Origin: Eledone cirrhosa
Taxonomy: Eukaryota
Length of the DNA stretch: 64,000 nt
Assembly (NCBI GenBank): GCA_964016885.1
Contig: OZ024758.1
Span: forward strand, 14,632,001 to 14,696,000
Reading direction: 5' to 3'
The notes under the pieces were generated by a model. That model searched no databases. It was not told where the DNA came from and was given only the letters and a program-made list of their open reading frames with translations. Shown piece after piece: positions 52,201-64,000 of this stretch. The first letter of the stretch is position 1. Each line of letters starts with the position of its first letter. The position numbers and the translations under genes were made by a program.

Positions 52201-52717
52201 ATTACTGTATTAACTTTTATAATTTTTTCACTTCAAAACAATGAATTTCTCCACTTAAAATCTCTTTCTAAATTTCAATCAATAGTGTTCAATAGAACTG
52301 ATCCATTAAGGTGATCAAATTTTTACAGTCATCAATAAACTCCAAGATATTATCAATATTATATTATTTCAATGTGAATCTGTTTTCCTAATATTAAACA
52401 AATAATAATAGTATTTTGAACATTTAGAAATAAATCTAAATCCCCTACAGTGTATTAAGAGCTGGGATCTATATGTAAAATATCTCAGATTTCGTCAGTA
52501 CAAAGTAATTAATGAGTTGAAACAGAGTTGTTCAATGCTGCCAACAGTTGCCCTTCATTGAAGAAAAATGGGGAAGAAAAGAAATGTAAATCTAATTCTA
52601 TAATAGTCCCTGCTTGTTATTTCTGCAGCAGAATATAAAACATCATAAACATATTTCCTCCAACTATCCCTGTTGTCATTGCTTTGAGTTCTTTAAGACC
52701 ACTTTAGGATCTGGTTG

Positions 52718-53608
52718 GTCTCTCTATCTACCATTAAGGCATTCTTGGTCTCTATTTACCGTTAGGACCTTCCTGATCTCTCTATCTACTACTAGAACAT
52801 TCATGGTCTCTCTATCTACCACTAGGACCTTCCTGATCTCTCTCTCTACCACTAGGACCTTCCTGATCTCTCTATCTACCACTAGGGCATTCTTGCTCTC
52901 TCTATCTACCACTAGGACATTCTTGGTCTCTCTATCTACCACTAGTACTAGGGCATTCTTGGCCTCTCTCTATCTACCACTAGGACATTCTTGCTCTCTC
53001 TATCTACCACTAGGACATTCTTGGTCTCTCTATCTACCACTAGTACTAGGGCATTCTTGGCCTCTCTCTATCTACCACTAGGACATTCTTGCTCTCTCTA
53101 TCTACCACTAGGACATTCTTGCTCTCTCTATCTACCACTAGGACATTCTTGCTCTCTCTATCTACCACTAGGACATTCTTGCTCTCTCTATCTACCACTA
53201 GGACATTCTTGCTCTCTCTATCTACCACTAGGACATTCTTGCTCTCTCTATCTACCACTAGGACATTCTTGCTCTCTCTATCTACCACTAGGACATTCTT
53301 GCTCTCTCTATCTACCACTAGGACATTCTTGGTCTCTCTATCTACTACTAGGGCTTCTTGGCCTCTCTATCTACCACTAGGGCATTCTTGGCCTCTCTAT
53401 CTACTACTAGGGCATTCTTGGTTTCTCTATCTACCACTAGGGCCTTCTAGGTCTCTCTATCTACCACTAGGGCATTCTTGGTCTCTCTATCAACCACTAG
53501 GGCATTCTTGGTCTCTCTATCAACCACTAGGGCCTTCTAGGTCTCTCTATCAACCACTAGGGCCTTCTAGGTCTCTCTATCTACCATTAGGGCATTCTTG
53601 GTTTCTCT
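52718..53608. repeat. ~30-bp minisatellite, ~29 copies
   Basis: Unit tctctatctaccactaggacattcttgctc; homogeneous centre, divergent edges. Confidence 0.95.
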
Positions 53609-53679
53609 TTCCAGGGATCATATCCTCCAATAAGATTTTAGAAAGACCATAAGTTGAGCTTATAAATCTGTAAATCTTG

Positions 53680-53905
53680 TGAAGGCGGGTGGCTTAGTGG
53701 TTAGAGAATTGGATTTGAAATCATTAAGTTGTGAGTTTGATTCCCGGACTGGGCAATGTGTTATATCCTTGAGCCAGGAGTTGCAACCGCTAGATAGTAT
53801 TAGCAATGGAAAGACCAATGGAAACATTGTTTCCTTAGTTCGATTTGACGAGCTCCACCCCCACCACTCAGTAAGCGAATGAGGTCTTAGGATCTTGTCG
53901 ATCAA
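53680..53905 (+). mobile_element. tRNA-derived SINE family 3
   Basis: tgaaggcgggtggcttagtggttagag head, gagtttgattccc B box, ccttgagc domain; reverse copy at ~24530-24787. Confidence 0.75.
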
Positions 53906-54143
53906 TTCCTTCCAAATTTTCTGTTACATAATTGTAGCCTTTATGGACGATATTAACAAGAGTTCAATTTAGTATTTGTATCAAATGTTGAACCTGTTTA
54001 ACCACATAAAGTCCACTCATTTCCTGCAGCCTGCCCCATTTTTCTCTTGCAATACTTTCATGCTAAGAATAATGGTGAATCCAATAAAATTGTGTCTTAT
54101 TAGCAATATAACTACTGCCAAATATATGTTATTTCAAATACCA

Positions 54144-54397
54144 ATTAACCCTTTCGCTATCATATTTCTAATGAAAGACACAGCTTATAATTTTCTATTA
54201 ATTTTGTAAATAATCAAGAATCTAGAGGGATTTAGTAAAATAACTAACTTTCTCATTATTAAGCTGATGTTTGGAACCAAATTTAACAGAAGTTCTTGCA
54301 TAAAATTATGATGGGAAATTATTAGATAAATATAAACACTTTAGAATAAACAATTTCATATCATAGAACCAGGTATTTTGGTATCAAGAAAGGTTAA
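54144..54397. mobile_element. MITE family B (~250-290 bp), TTAA/CCCTTT ends; representative copy
   Basis: ttaaccctttcgctatcatatttctaatgaaagacac ... ggtatcaagaaaggttaa. Related copies at about 3372-3494 plus 6509-6627, 6987-7240, 7735-8180, 14147-14360, 16655-17060, 23140-23530, 23602-23960, 24226-24451, 27147-28385, 28387-28827, 31072-31793. Confidence 0.82.
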
Positions 54398-55907
54398 ACA
54401 TTACTTTGTAACTCCATGAAACAACTAGTCACCATCATCTGTAACTTCAAGTGACTTATTGATGTCTCGCTGGTTTATCTGAAGCATAACTTATATTTTC
54501 AATGCAGAGAAATGTTTTCACCGAAGTAGAACTGTTATGTCTCACCCAGCTTAACACAATCATCTGGTCCTTTGATGCCTTTAGCAAAAACAAACTCTGG
54601 GAGGCATTGAGGCCACACTTTCAGCTCCTTTCCCGCCCATGTTTTTTTTTTAAATTCATTTTTTCATATATGTCCAAGCTGAGCCACAACCACTTAACCA
54701 TTATGAGCATTGCATACCCCTCTGCTGGCTGTATATATATAGCAATTGTTTTGGTAAAAACAGGAGCAAGCAGGAGAAAGCTCTCAACATTCGTAGTTTG
54801 TAGTTATGATGGAGATTCAGTATAACAACATTAAGAAAGATGCTGATGCTACATAAATTGATTTATGTAACATCAGCATCTTTCTTAATGTTATTATTAT
54901 ATATAGAGATAGATAGATCAGGATTTTACCAGTTTTAAACTAGTAAGATCATTATTCAGCTGAGTACTTGATACTTAGGATAGTAGAGTGTAACTATATT
55001 AGAGAGAGTCAGGGCCTGGCAGTTGAGCTCTTGCCATTTCAACAGTTAATTCCAGACTCAGCTGTCAACACAGCAAGAGCTCAGCCATTGGGCCCCGACT
55101 CTTATATATATACACACATATATATATAGGGGTGAATTAGCAGTTCGCTCCACAAAACACAAGCACCAGACAAGAAGATCCATATAACAGAGAATATATA
55201 TCTGTCTTATGTATTGAGTCACTCCATAAGTAAATGTGTGTTGTTATTTTTATATAACCCGACTTATTTTATTAAGGTTGAGTCAGTAGCCTGTGACCCT
55301 GGAGTTTCTCCACTGTGTTTACAGGTTCATCAGACAGAATCTATAAAGAATTCTCAGATAAATAAATAGTCCAGTTAGTTGCAGAGCTCAGTCTTTTACT
55401 ACTGCCATAGTCATTATTACCATTATTGCTACTGCTATTAATACTGCTGCTATATCTCTGATAATGTCATGTGTATTACAACCCCTTTGATTTATATTTA
55501 TTTTTTGTCAGAAACCTGAATCATTCATGTCAAACTTAATTTGGACAGTTTTCTTACTGTTCCAACATTTCTTCATTTTTATATTTTGAATGAAAATAAA
55601 ATAAAATAAAATAAATAAATACTATTTCATGAATATTTAAAGAACTTTCAATTTCAAAATATTTGTATTTTAATATTTGTCAGAGTTGTTACAGTGTTGG
55701 ATTAAATGCCTCAGTTATTTCTTCCAGTTCTTTGTACTCCTCAGTTCAAATAGTCGGGGTCAATTTTGCCTTTCATCCTTTTTGAAAAAGGACCAGTCTA
55801 GAGGCAGTTGATTGTTGGAAATGTTAAAAGCATCAGAAGGGATGTCTGCTTTGCGATATATCTGTTCTAAGTTGAAATCCTGTTTTTGTTGCTGAGGAAA
55901 ACAGTTC

Positions 55908-56200
55908 AGCTTCTGCCAGGAGTTAAAAACTAACTGACAGATAGTATATCAGCAATGGAAAGACCAATGTAATCATAGTTTCCTTGGTCTGATCTGATGT
56001 TCAGCTCATTTCTTTTGCCAGGAGTTAAAACTAACTGACAGAAAGTATCAGCAACAGAAAGATCAATGTAATCATAATTTCCTTGGTCTGATCTGATGGT
56101 CAGCTCCTTTCTTCTGCCAGGAGTTGTGACAAACAGACAGTATCAGCAATGGAAAAACCAATGTAAACGTAGTTTCCTTGGTTTGATCTGATGATCAGCT
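55908..56200 (+). repeat. Three ~100-bp tandem copies of a SINE family 3 internal segment
   Basis: gccaggagtt...gatagtatcagcaatggaaagaccaatg...gtttccttggtc also occurs singly at 53773-53850 (+) and 24590-24660 (-). Confidence 0.8.
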
Positions 56201-57377
56201 ATACTTCCTTTTTGTTCTTTCCTTATATTTGTCAAACAACAAGATTTTGGCTTGCTACTTAGTGAACAACTTGATTTTTTTTCTGGTCATCTTAATCACC
56301 AACATTCTAAAATCTATCATAGCCTTCATTGACCAATAGATTAATTAAATCAATTATATTGATTCACATACAACACAGAAATAGAGTCTTTCATGTGTTG
56401 TTGGTCATACAAACATTTGGACAAAGTCTGCTGGGCTGAGTAGAACCTCGCTCCCTAGAAAATCCTATTAATAAACAATAGGCCAACCTGATAGGTGATA
56501 GATGCCTAGGCTGGTTTTAAGACTTAGTCCACCTCTGGAACCAAAACCTTCTTTATACAATTCTCTCTTTCTTTCTATCACAAATGTTTCATGCCCAATG
56601 ATATTCTAAACATGACCTGTGTGTTCTTTATATATACTAGGATTTTTTTCAACACGCTGACGCATATGTGTATGAGAATATGCATACATTTATATGTATG
56701 AGTATATAAATATAAATGCGCAAACACAGACACTCTCAGACATAAATTCACACAAACACACACATACATTCCTACAAACATACATACACACACATTTACA
56801 AAAACACACACATACTAACACACAGTGTAGCAAATGAAAACGCCAGCTGCTGTTTTGCTATAGTTTTTTCACCATCCCCTTCCTTCCTTTTACACACATA
56901 CATTCACACAAACACACACATTATGTGACGGACAGACGGAAGTCGCTCAAATTTATATATATATTATATTTATTTTGCAAGAATATATGCCATTTGTAAA
57001 TTTATATCATGAATATTTTATAACATTTTTAATTTATTTAATGTCAGATTTGATTAAAACTTGTAATATTTACATAACATTCTAAGCATATATTTTACTT
57101 CTCGATGTTTTATACAATAATAACTTAATACTTGTTTTGTCTTAATTTGTCCACTTCATTGACACACTCTCTCTCTCTCTATCTTCCCTTTCTTTCTCCA
57201 TTTGTGGTAAAATTTTCCATTTTCTTTTTCTATTTTTTTTGTAAAGAAATGCTATCATTAAATTTAATTAACTATAAACTCCTTGTTTTGTTGTCATTAC
57301 TTCTCAAAATCTAATAAGAATTACATCTAATATATAATAGCATTGTGTATTTGTCTGTCACACACTAGAGATGACTG

Positions 57378-57730
57378 GAAGGAAGGGGTGATTACATCGA
57401 CCGAGGAAGGAAGGAGGGATTATGTTGACTGAGGAAGGGAGGGGTGATTATGTTGACTGAGGAAGGGAGGGGTGATTATGTTGACTGAGGAAGGGAGGGG
57501 GGATTATGTCGACTGGGGAAGGAAGGGGTGATAACGTCGACCGAGGAAGGAAGGGGTGATAACGTCGACTGAGGAAGGAAAGGGTGATTATGTTGACTGA
57601 GGAAGGGAGGGGATTATGTCGACTGAGGAAGGAATGGGTGATAACGTCGACTGAGGAAGGAATGGGTGATAACGTCGACTGAGGAAGAAAGGGGTGATTA
57701 CGTCGAGTGAGGAAGGAAGGGGCGATAACG
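57378..57730. repeat. ~28-29-bp purine-rich minisatellite, ~12 copies
   Basis: Unit ggaaggaaggggtgattatgtcgactga. Confidence 0.9.
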
Positions 57731-58091
57731 TAGGCCCTATACCATGCTTTATACCTGTCATGTCATTTTAGAGACAATGTTTTATAACCAGGAACTCATT
57801 TTGGTGCCAACCCTTTTCATTGCTTCTTATGACATGCAAGGATATTGTGTACTTATTTTAAATCATGAAAGGTTGAAGACAACAACCTCTCTAGTGCTCG
57901 TTCCATCATAAAAAGCATCCACTTTACTTTGGTGAACTAAGTGGTTGGCATTAGGAAGTGTATCCAGTCATGGAAACCTTGCCAAAAATAGAAGATATGA
58001 ATACGCCAAGGTTCTTAAAACATGACAACCAGTACCAGCTTGGAAAAAAAGACATAAAATGATGATGATGGTGATACACACAGAAAAGGAT

Positions 58092-61082
58092 ACTTTACAG
58101 AGTGTATGTGGTGCGTTTCTTGTGGCACCAACAATATCACTTTACAGAGTGTATGTGGTGCGTTTCTTGTGGCACCAACTATATCACTTTACAGTGTGTA
58201 CTGGGTGCCTTTCTTGTGGCACCAACAATATCACTTTACAGAGTGTACTGGGTGCCTTTCTTGTGGCACCAACAATATCACTTTACAGAGTGTACTGGGT
58301 GCCTTTCTTGTGGCACCAACAATATCACTTTACAGAGTGTACTGGGTGTGTTTCTTGTGGCACCAACAATATCACTTTACAGAGTGTACTGGGTGCCTTT
58401 CTTGTGGCACCAACAATATCACTTTACAGAGTGTACTGGGTGCCTTTCTTGTGGCACCAACAATATCACTTTACAGAGTGTACTGGGTGCCTTTCTTGTG
58501 GCACCAACAATATCACTTTACAGAGTGTACTGGGTGTGTTTCTTGTAGTACCAACAATATCACTTTACAGAGTGTACTGGGTGCCTTTCTTGTGGCACCA
58601 ACAATATCACTTTACAGAGTGTACTGGGTGTGTTTCTTGTGGCACCAACAATATCACTTTACAGAGTGTACTGGGTGCCTTTCTTGTGGCACCAACAATA
58701 TCACTTTACAGAGTGTACTGGGTGTGTTTCTTGTAGTACCAACAATATCACTTTACAGAGTGTACTGGGTGCCTTTCTTGTGGCACCAACAATATCACTT
58801 TACAGAGTGTACTGGGTGCCTTTCTTGTGGCACCAACAATATCACTTTACAGAGTGTACTGGGTGCCTTTCTTGTAGTACCAACAATATCACTTTACAGA
58901 GTGTACTGGGTGCCTTTCTTGTGGCACCAACAATATCACTTTACAGAGTGTACTGGGTGTGTTTCTTGTAGTACCAACAATATCACTTTACAGAGTGTAC
59001 TGGGTGCCTTTCTTGTGGCACCAACAATATCACTTTACAGTGTGTACTGGGTGCCTTTCTTGTGGCACCAACAATATCACTTTACAGAGTGTACTGGGTG
59101 TGTTTCTTGTAGTACCAACAATATCACTTTACAGAGTGTACTGGGTGCCTTTCTTGTGGCACCAACAATATCACTTTACAGAGTGTACTGGGTGTGTTTC
59201 TTGTAGTACCAACAATATCACTTTACAGAGTGTACTGGGTGCCTTTCTTGTGGCACCAACAATATCACTTTACAGAGTGTACTGGGTGCCTTTCTTGTGT
59301 CACCAACAATATCACTTTACAGAGTGTACTGGGTGTGTTTCTTGTAGTACCAACAATATCACTTTACAGAGTGTACTGGGTGCCTTTCTTGTGGCACCAA
59401 CAATATCACTTTAACGAGTGTACTGGGTGCCTTTCTTGTGGTACCAACAATATCACTTTACAGAGTGTACTGGGTGCCTTTCTTGTGGCACCAACAATAT
59501 CACTTTACAGAGTGTACTGGGTGCCTTTCTTGTGGCACCAACAATATCACTTTAACGAGTGTACTGGGTGCCTTTCTTGTGGCACCAACAATATCACTTT
59601 ACAGAGTGTACTGGGTGCCTTTCTTGTGGCACCAACAATATCACTTTACAGAGTGTACTGGGTGCCTTTCTTGTGGCACCAACAATATCACTTTAACGAG
59701 TGTACTGGGTGTGTTTCTTGTGGCACCAACAATATCACTTTACAGAGTGTACTGGGTGCTTTCTTGTGGCACCAACTATATCACTTTAACGAGTGTACTG
59801 GGTGCTTTCTTGTGGCACCAACAATATCACTTTACAGAGTGTACTGGGTGCCTTTCTTGTGGCACCAACAATATCACTTTACAGAGTGTACTGGGTGCCT
59901 TTCTTGTGGCACCAACAATATCACTTTAACGAGTGTACTGGGTGTGTTTCTTGTGGCACCAACAATATCACTTTACAGAGTGTACTGGGTGTGTTTCTTG
60001 TGGCACCAACAATATCACTTTACAGAGTGTACTGGGTGCCTTTCTTGTGGCACCAACAATATCACTTTAACGAGTGTACTGGGTGCTTTCTTGTGGCACC
60101 AACAATATCACTTTACAGAGTGTACTGGGTGCCTTTCTTGTGGCACCAACAATATCACTTTAACGAGTGTACTGGGTGCTTTCTTGTGGCACCAACAATA
60201 TCACTTTAACGAGTGTACTGGGTGCTTTCTTGTAGTACCAACAATATCACTTTACAGAGTGTACTGGGTGCCTTTCTTGTGGCACCAACAATATCACTTT
60301 AACGAGTGTACTGGGTGTGTTTCTTGTGGCACCAACAATATCACTTTACAGAGTGTACTGGGTGCCTTTCTTGTGGCACCAACAATATCACTTTACAGAG
60401 TGTACTGGGTGTGTTTCTTGTGGCACCAACAATATCACTTTACAGAGTGTACTGGGTGTGTTTCTTGTAGTACCAACAATATCACTTTACAGAGTGTACT
60501 GGGTGCTTTCTTGTGGCACCAACAATATCACTTTACAGAGTGTACTGGGTGCCTTTCTTGTGGCACCAACTATATCACTTTACAGAGTGTACTGGGTGTG
60601 TTTCTTGTGGCACCAACTATATCACTTTACAGAGTGTACTGGGTGCCTTTCTTGTGGCACCAACTATATCACTTTACAGAGTGTACTGGGTGCCTTTCTT
60701 GTGGCACCAACAATATCACTTTACAGAGTGTACTGGGTGTGTTTCTTGTAGTACCAACAATATCACTTTACAGAGTGTACTGGGTGCCGTTCTTGTGGCA
60801 CCAACAATATCACTTTACAGAGTGTACTGGGTGCCTTTCTTGTGGTACCAACAATATCACTTTACAGAGTGTACTGGGTGCCTTTCTTGTGGCACCAACA
60901 ATATCACTTTACAGTGTGTACTGGGTACCTTTCTTGTGGCACCAACAATATCACTTTACAGAGTGTACTGGGTGCCTTTCTTGTGGCACCAACAATATCA
61001 CTTTACAGTGTGTACTGGGTACCTTTCTTGTGGCACCAACAATATCACTTTACAGAGTGTACTGTGTGCATTTTATCATGGT
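58092..61082. repeat. 47-bp minisatellite, ~63 copies
   Basis: Unit tttacagagtgtactgggtgcctttcttgtggcaccaacaatatcac, with interspersed variants (gtgtgtttc, gtagtacc, tttaacgag). Confidence 0.97.
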
Positions 61083-61534
61083 ACAAACACTAGAAAGGTT
61101 GTCACAAGTTCATCCAGAGTGAAGAGTCCTCTCAAACCCTATACTGTCCCTGCTGGACCCCAATACAATGATAGCGTTCGGTCTCTTACCACATTGAAAA
61201 ATCTATATTTGAGGATAAACAATATCATTGTACAGTGTGGGTTTAAAGAGATATTTCGGTACCAATATCACTCCCTCTAACCATCCTCGTTTCCACAGAG
61301 CAGCAGGCATTTTATGTCACAGGCACAACCACTTAAGATAGATAGATAGATAGATAGATAAGATAAGGTGTTGTAAAAACCAGGTAGACCATAAGCCACC
61401 AGAGTACTTGATACTTGGGGTAGTAGAGTGGGTAATATGAAAAGATTCAGGACCCCGAACGGCTGAGCTCCGGCCGTTTCGACAGTTAGATCCAATGTTT
61501 CCCATTGACAATAGCCCCCCTCATATAGATAGAT

Positions 61535-62520
61535 ATATTTCTTTATTAGCCACAAGGGCGCACAAGAAAAGGGGACAATAGAAAGACATGCCAGGGATTG
61601 TACATACAGTCGTGTAAAAAATATAAAAATATAGATAGATAGATAGACATTAATAGATAGACAGACAGACAGATAGATAGATAGGTAGGTAGATATGTAG
61701 ATAAGTAGGTAGGTAGATAGACAGTTAGGGAGTAGGTAGGTAGGTAGATAGATAGATAGATTTCTTTATTTGCCACAAGGGTGCACAAGAAAAGGGGACA
61801 TGCCGGGGATTTTACATACAGTCGTGTAAAAAAATATTAAACAAACAATTACAACAATCGAAATCCCCAATAGGGGGGAAGCGCCACAAATGGGTTGTTT
61901 AATACCCAGGAGCGTGTTGTGCAAGTGCTCATTTCTTCCTTTTGCTCTCTTCTTTAACCTTCAGGCTTATAAACAGAGAAGGCCCAATCACTCGGGCCAT
62001 TTTTGCCACATTCACCCACCTTTCAGTAAATTTACTGGGGTGCAGTGCCTCTCTCTCCACCCTGATTCCCCTTCTAAAGTGATACTTAAAGAAGGGAATC
62101 AATTGTTGTCCGTAGATAGATAATTTTCTTTTTATTTGCCACCAGGGCATCAAAAAGTGGGACAAGTACAATGGGGGGAGTTTACATGCAAAGGCGTCCT
62201 CAATAAGGAGGAGGCAATAACAATGTATAAAAATAAAATAAAATATAACAAAATAAATTTTATAACAAAATCCTCAATAGGGAGGTGGCGCCTTGGGGGG
62301 TCGCACACACCCCCGAAAAAAAAGTGTGCAACCCTTCTCCTCAGGAGCACAGAGAGAGGGGTGCTCCCTTGATCTTTCATCTTCCTCACTTATAGTCTGA
62401 TGTAGAGTGAAGGCCCATTCACACGGGCCATTCTCGCCACTTTCACCCATCTTTCATAAAAACGGCTGGGGTGCAGCACCTCTCTCTCCATCCTGATCCT
62501 TCTTCCGAAATGATATCGGA
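61535..62520 (-). mobile_element. Several nested 3' fragments of an L1/Tx1-like LINE within GATA tracts
   Basis: Minus-strand FKYHFRRGIRVEREALHPSKFTERWVNVAKMARV occurs twice (61985-62090, 62420-62520); repeated 3' ends cccttgtggc(t)aataaag at 61540, 61765, 62125. A similar 3' end lies on + at 1130-1367. Clade assignment from recall. Confidence 0.55.
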
Positions 62521-63195
62521 AGAAGATAGATAAACAGACAGATAGGTAGTAGGTTGGTAGGTGGATTTGGGTGAGTGGGCGTATGGATGACTGGACAGAT
62601 CAGCACGAAAGGCTAAGTACAGTTATCCCCCATGCATGTTACAGCTGCACGGGAGATAACTGCAATACGATGATTACAGTTAAGTGAAAAAAGTTAAGTC
62701 TATGTTTAAAATGTCCGTAGTAAAGAAAGATATAGAATGGAGTTAGGAAATTAGATCTCGGAGTATGGTCCCTAATAGATGAGACAGCCCAGTTTATCGT
62801 CACTTGTTCATGTTTATACAAAAAAAAAAAAAAAGAAAGCTTTATAGTATTTGTTCCGGCTCTCTCTAAGTTCAAATCCCGCCGAGCTCATCTTTGGCTT
62901 CCATCCTTTCAAGGAAGATAAAAAAAAAAAACGTACCTGTCTAGTATTTGAATCGATTCTTCCTCTATATTTCTTTCTCATTTCCATTCTCTCTCTCAAT
63001 CATTCTCTGGAAGAAATCTGCTGTATTCAGGCCTGGAGAGGAGGTGGGCTCCGCCATGTTTAAAACATGCCATAGAAACGCCGTATGTCAATACAGCGTT
63101 CCTACGTCTCCAGCAGGAGTTACGGGACGAGCAGACGTTATATCACCACGCCATCTATTGAGTAAACACAGAAACTAGGAGAGTTGTTTCCCATT

Positions 63196-63882
63196 GACCA
63201 TACAACACACAAGCAGGTAATACACACATCTAGGACTACATACAACACACAAGCAGGTAATACATACATCTAGGACCACGTACAACACACAAGCAGGTAG
63301 TACACACATCTAGGACCACATACAACACACAAGCTGGTAATACACACATCTAGGACCACATACAACACACAAGCTGGTAATACATACATCTAGGACCACA
63401 TACAACACACAAGCAGGTAATACACGCATCTAGGACCACATACAACAAACAAGCAGGTAATACATACATCTTGGACCACATACAACACACAAGCAGGTAG
63501 TACATACATCTAGGACCACATACAACACCCAAGCAGTTAACACACATCTAGGACCACATACAACAAACAAGCTGGTAATACATAAATCTAGGACCACATA
63601 CAACACACAAGCAGGTAGTACACACATCTAGGACCACATACAACACACAAGCTGGTAATACATACATCTAGGACCACATACAACACACAAGCAGGTAATA
63701 CACGCATCTAGGACCACATACAACAAACAAGCAGGTAATACACGCATCTAGGACCACATACAACAAACAAGCAGGTAATACACACATCTATGACTACATA
63801 CAACATACAAGCAGGTAATACACACATCTAGGACCACATACAACACACAAGCAGGTTTGTACATATATCTAGAACCACATAC
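63196..63882. repeat. 40-bp minisatellite, ~17 copies
   Basis: Unit ggaccacatacaacacacaagcaggtaatacacacatcta. Confidence 0.95.
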
Positions 63883-64000
63883 ATCACAAGACAAGCGAAA
63901 GGGGGTGGACAAACGAACCACTGCCAGAACATTTGAAAAACATAGGTAATAGTTTTCATTAGAAATATGGTAATGAAATGGTTAATGAATAAATTTCTCT

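Noticed and set aside
52614-53652. Ser/Thr/Leu-repeat ORFs
   Set aside because: Translations of the 30-bp minisatellite.
50858-56454. Possible minus-strand mini-exons at 50858-50911, ~54546-54730 and 56411-56454
   Set aside because: Splice-like ends exist, but acceptors are weak, phases do not chain consistently and no protein family is recognisable.
58059-61280. ORFs up to 642 aa; CRISPR-like periodicity
   Set aside because: A stop-poor 47-bp unit cycling through frames. Repeats abut with no unique spacers, there are no cas genes, and the context is eukaryotic.

Overview
AT-rich, repeat-dense animal genomic DNA with spliceosomal GT-AG introns. The SINE/MITE/microsatellite content looks like an octopod cephalopod (inference). 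The main gene is a plus-strand DOK7 orthologue. Six coding exons (29089-39974) splice in frame into about 1,509 aa: a Dok-7-type PH-PTB module plus a ~1,300-aa low-complexity tail with five YxxM, many YxN and a terminal FRS2/Gab-like tandem tyrosine pair. No canonical exon 2 (WKxRW) was found, and only divergent candidates for the first two exons are present. Two phase-compatible minus-strand exon candidates (2946-3213, His/Ser/Pro-rich; 1662-1682, 21 nt) suggest a second gene. The rest is tRNA-derived SINEs (one sharing its 3' tail with an RTE LINE), TTAA-flanked piggyBac-type MITEs, hAT and Tigger-like MITEs, LINE fragments, fold-back elements in (TA)n, and about ten minisatellites. Most minisatellites trace to short pieces of local transposons. 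Two ~3-kb arrays come from the same SINE segment, and one of them lies between the two ends of a MITE. No CRISPR array, rRNA or true tRNA gene was found. Family names come from recall, not database searches.
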